Positions 63,812 to 64,000 of a DNA stretch of 64,000 nt are shown here, in pieces; positions within the stretch are counted from its first letter, which is position 1, and each line of letters begins with the position of its first letter. Origin of the DNA: Cenococcum geophilum (Eukaryota); contig CP158635.1 in assembly GCA_050273025.1 (NCBI GenBank), forward strand, positions 15,252,001 to 15,316,000, read 5' to 3'. The notes under the pieces were generated by a model. That model was not told where the DNA came from and ran no database searches. It saw only the letters and a program-made list of their open reading frames with translations. The translations under genes and the position numbers were made by a program.

Positions 63812-64000
63812 CTAAGCCTCATTCTCCTTGGAAATCCTGACTTCCTTCCTTCTAACTAACTGCTCAGCCTTCCTGACCCGCGTGTCCCATTCAGCCCAGC
63901 ATCTTCCTTGTCCCAGGATAAAGATCTCGTGCCAACGGAGGACGAGAGCTCCACTTCTCTTCCTTAGATCGGATATCTCTATGGCTTGGGTGAGCTGGCG
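63812..64000 (-). CDS. 3' end of a gene, probably RO10-like nuclear distribution protein (dynactin p24)
   Basis: Open frame from the window edge: RQLTQAIEISDLRKRSGALVLRWHEIFILGQGRCWAEWDTRVRKAEQLVRRKEVRISKENEA*. Family assignment is from memory. Confidence 0.6.
   Translation of the reverse strand, partial: RQLTQAIEISDLRKRSGALVLRWHEIFILGQGRCWAEWDTRVRKAEQLVRRKEVRISKENEA

Overview
Filamentous ascomycete genomic DNA. About 1-52.6 kb is an AT-rich, RIP-mutated (TpA-rich, CpA/TpG-poor) block of nested transposons: Gypsy/chromovirus LTR elements, a gag-only LTR element, an ORF1-only LINE, hAT elements, Pogo- and Tourist-type MITEs, a solo LTR and a TIR element filled with tandem arrays. These are inserted into a RIP-destroyed set of non-TE genes: BTB/POZ, a NACHT-WD40 NLR with a partial inverted copy, a HeLo-like protein, a FunK1 kinase and an AAA+ ATPase. 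That gene set resembles cargo of a large mobile or duplicated segment, but no tyrosine-recombinase captain is visible. From about 52.7 kb core genes appear: an intact 7-exon NAD(P)H-hydrate epimerase missed by the ORF track, then Tc1 and Mutator insertions in its upstream region, SHO1, and the 3' end of a probable RO10/dynactin p24 gene. Pseudogene translations are manual 'de-RIP' readings with approximate boundaries; no database searches were run.
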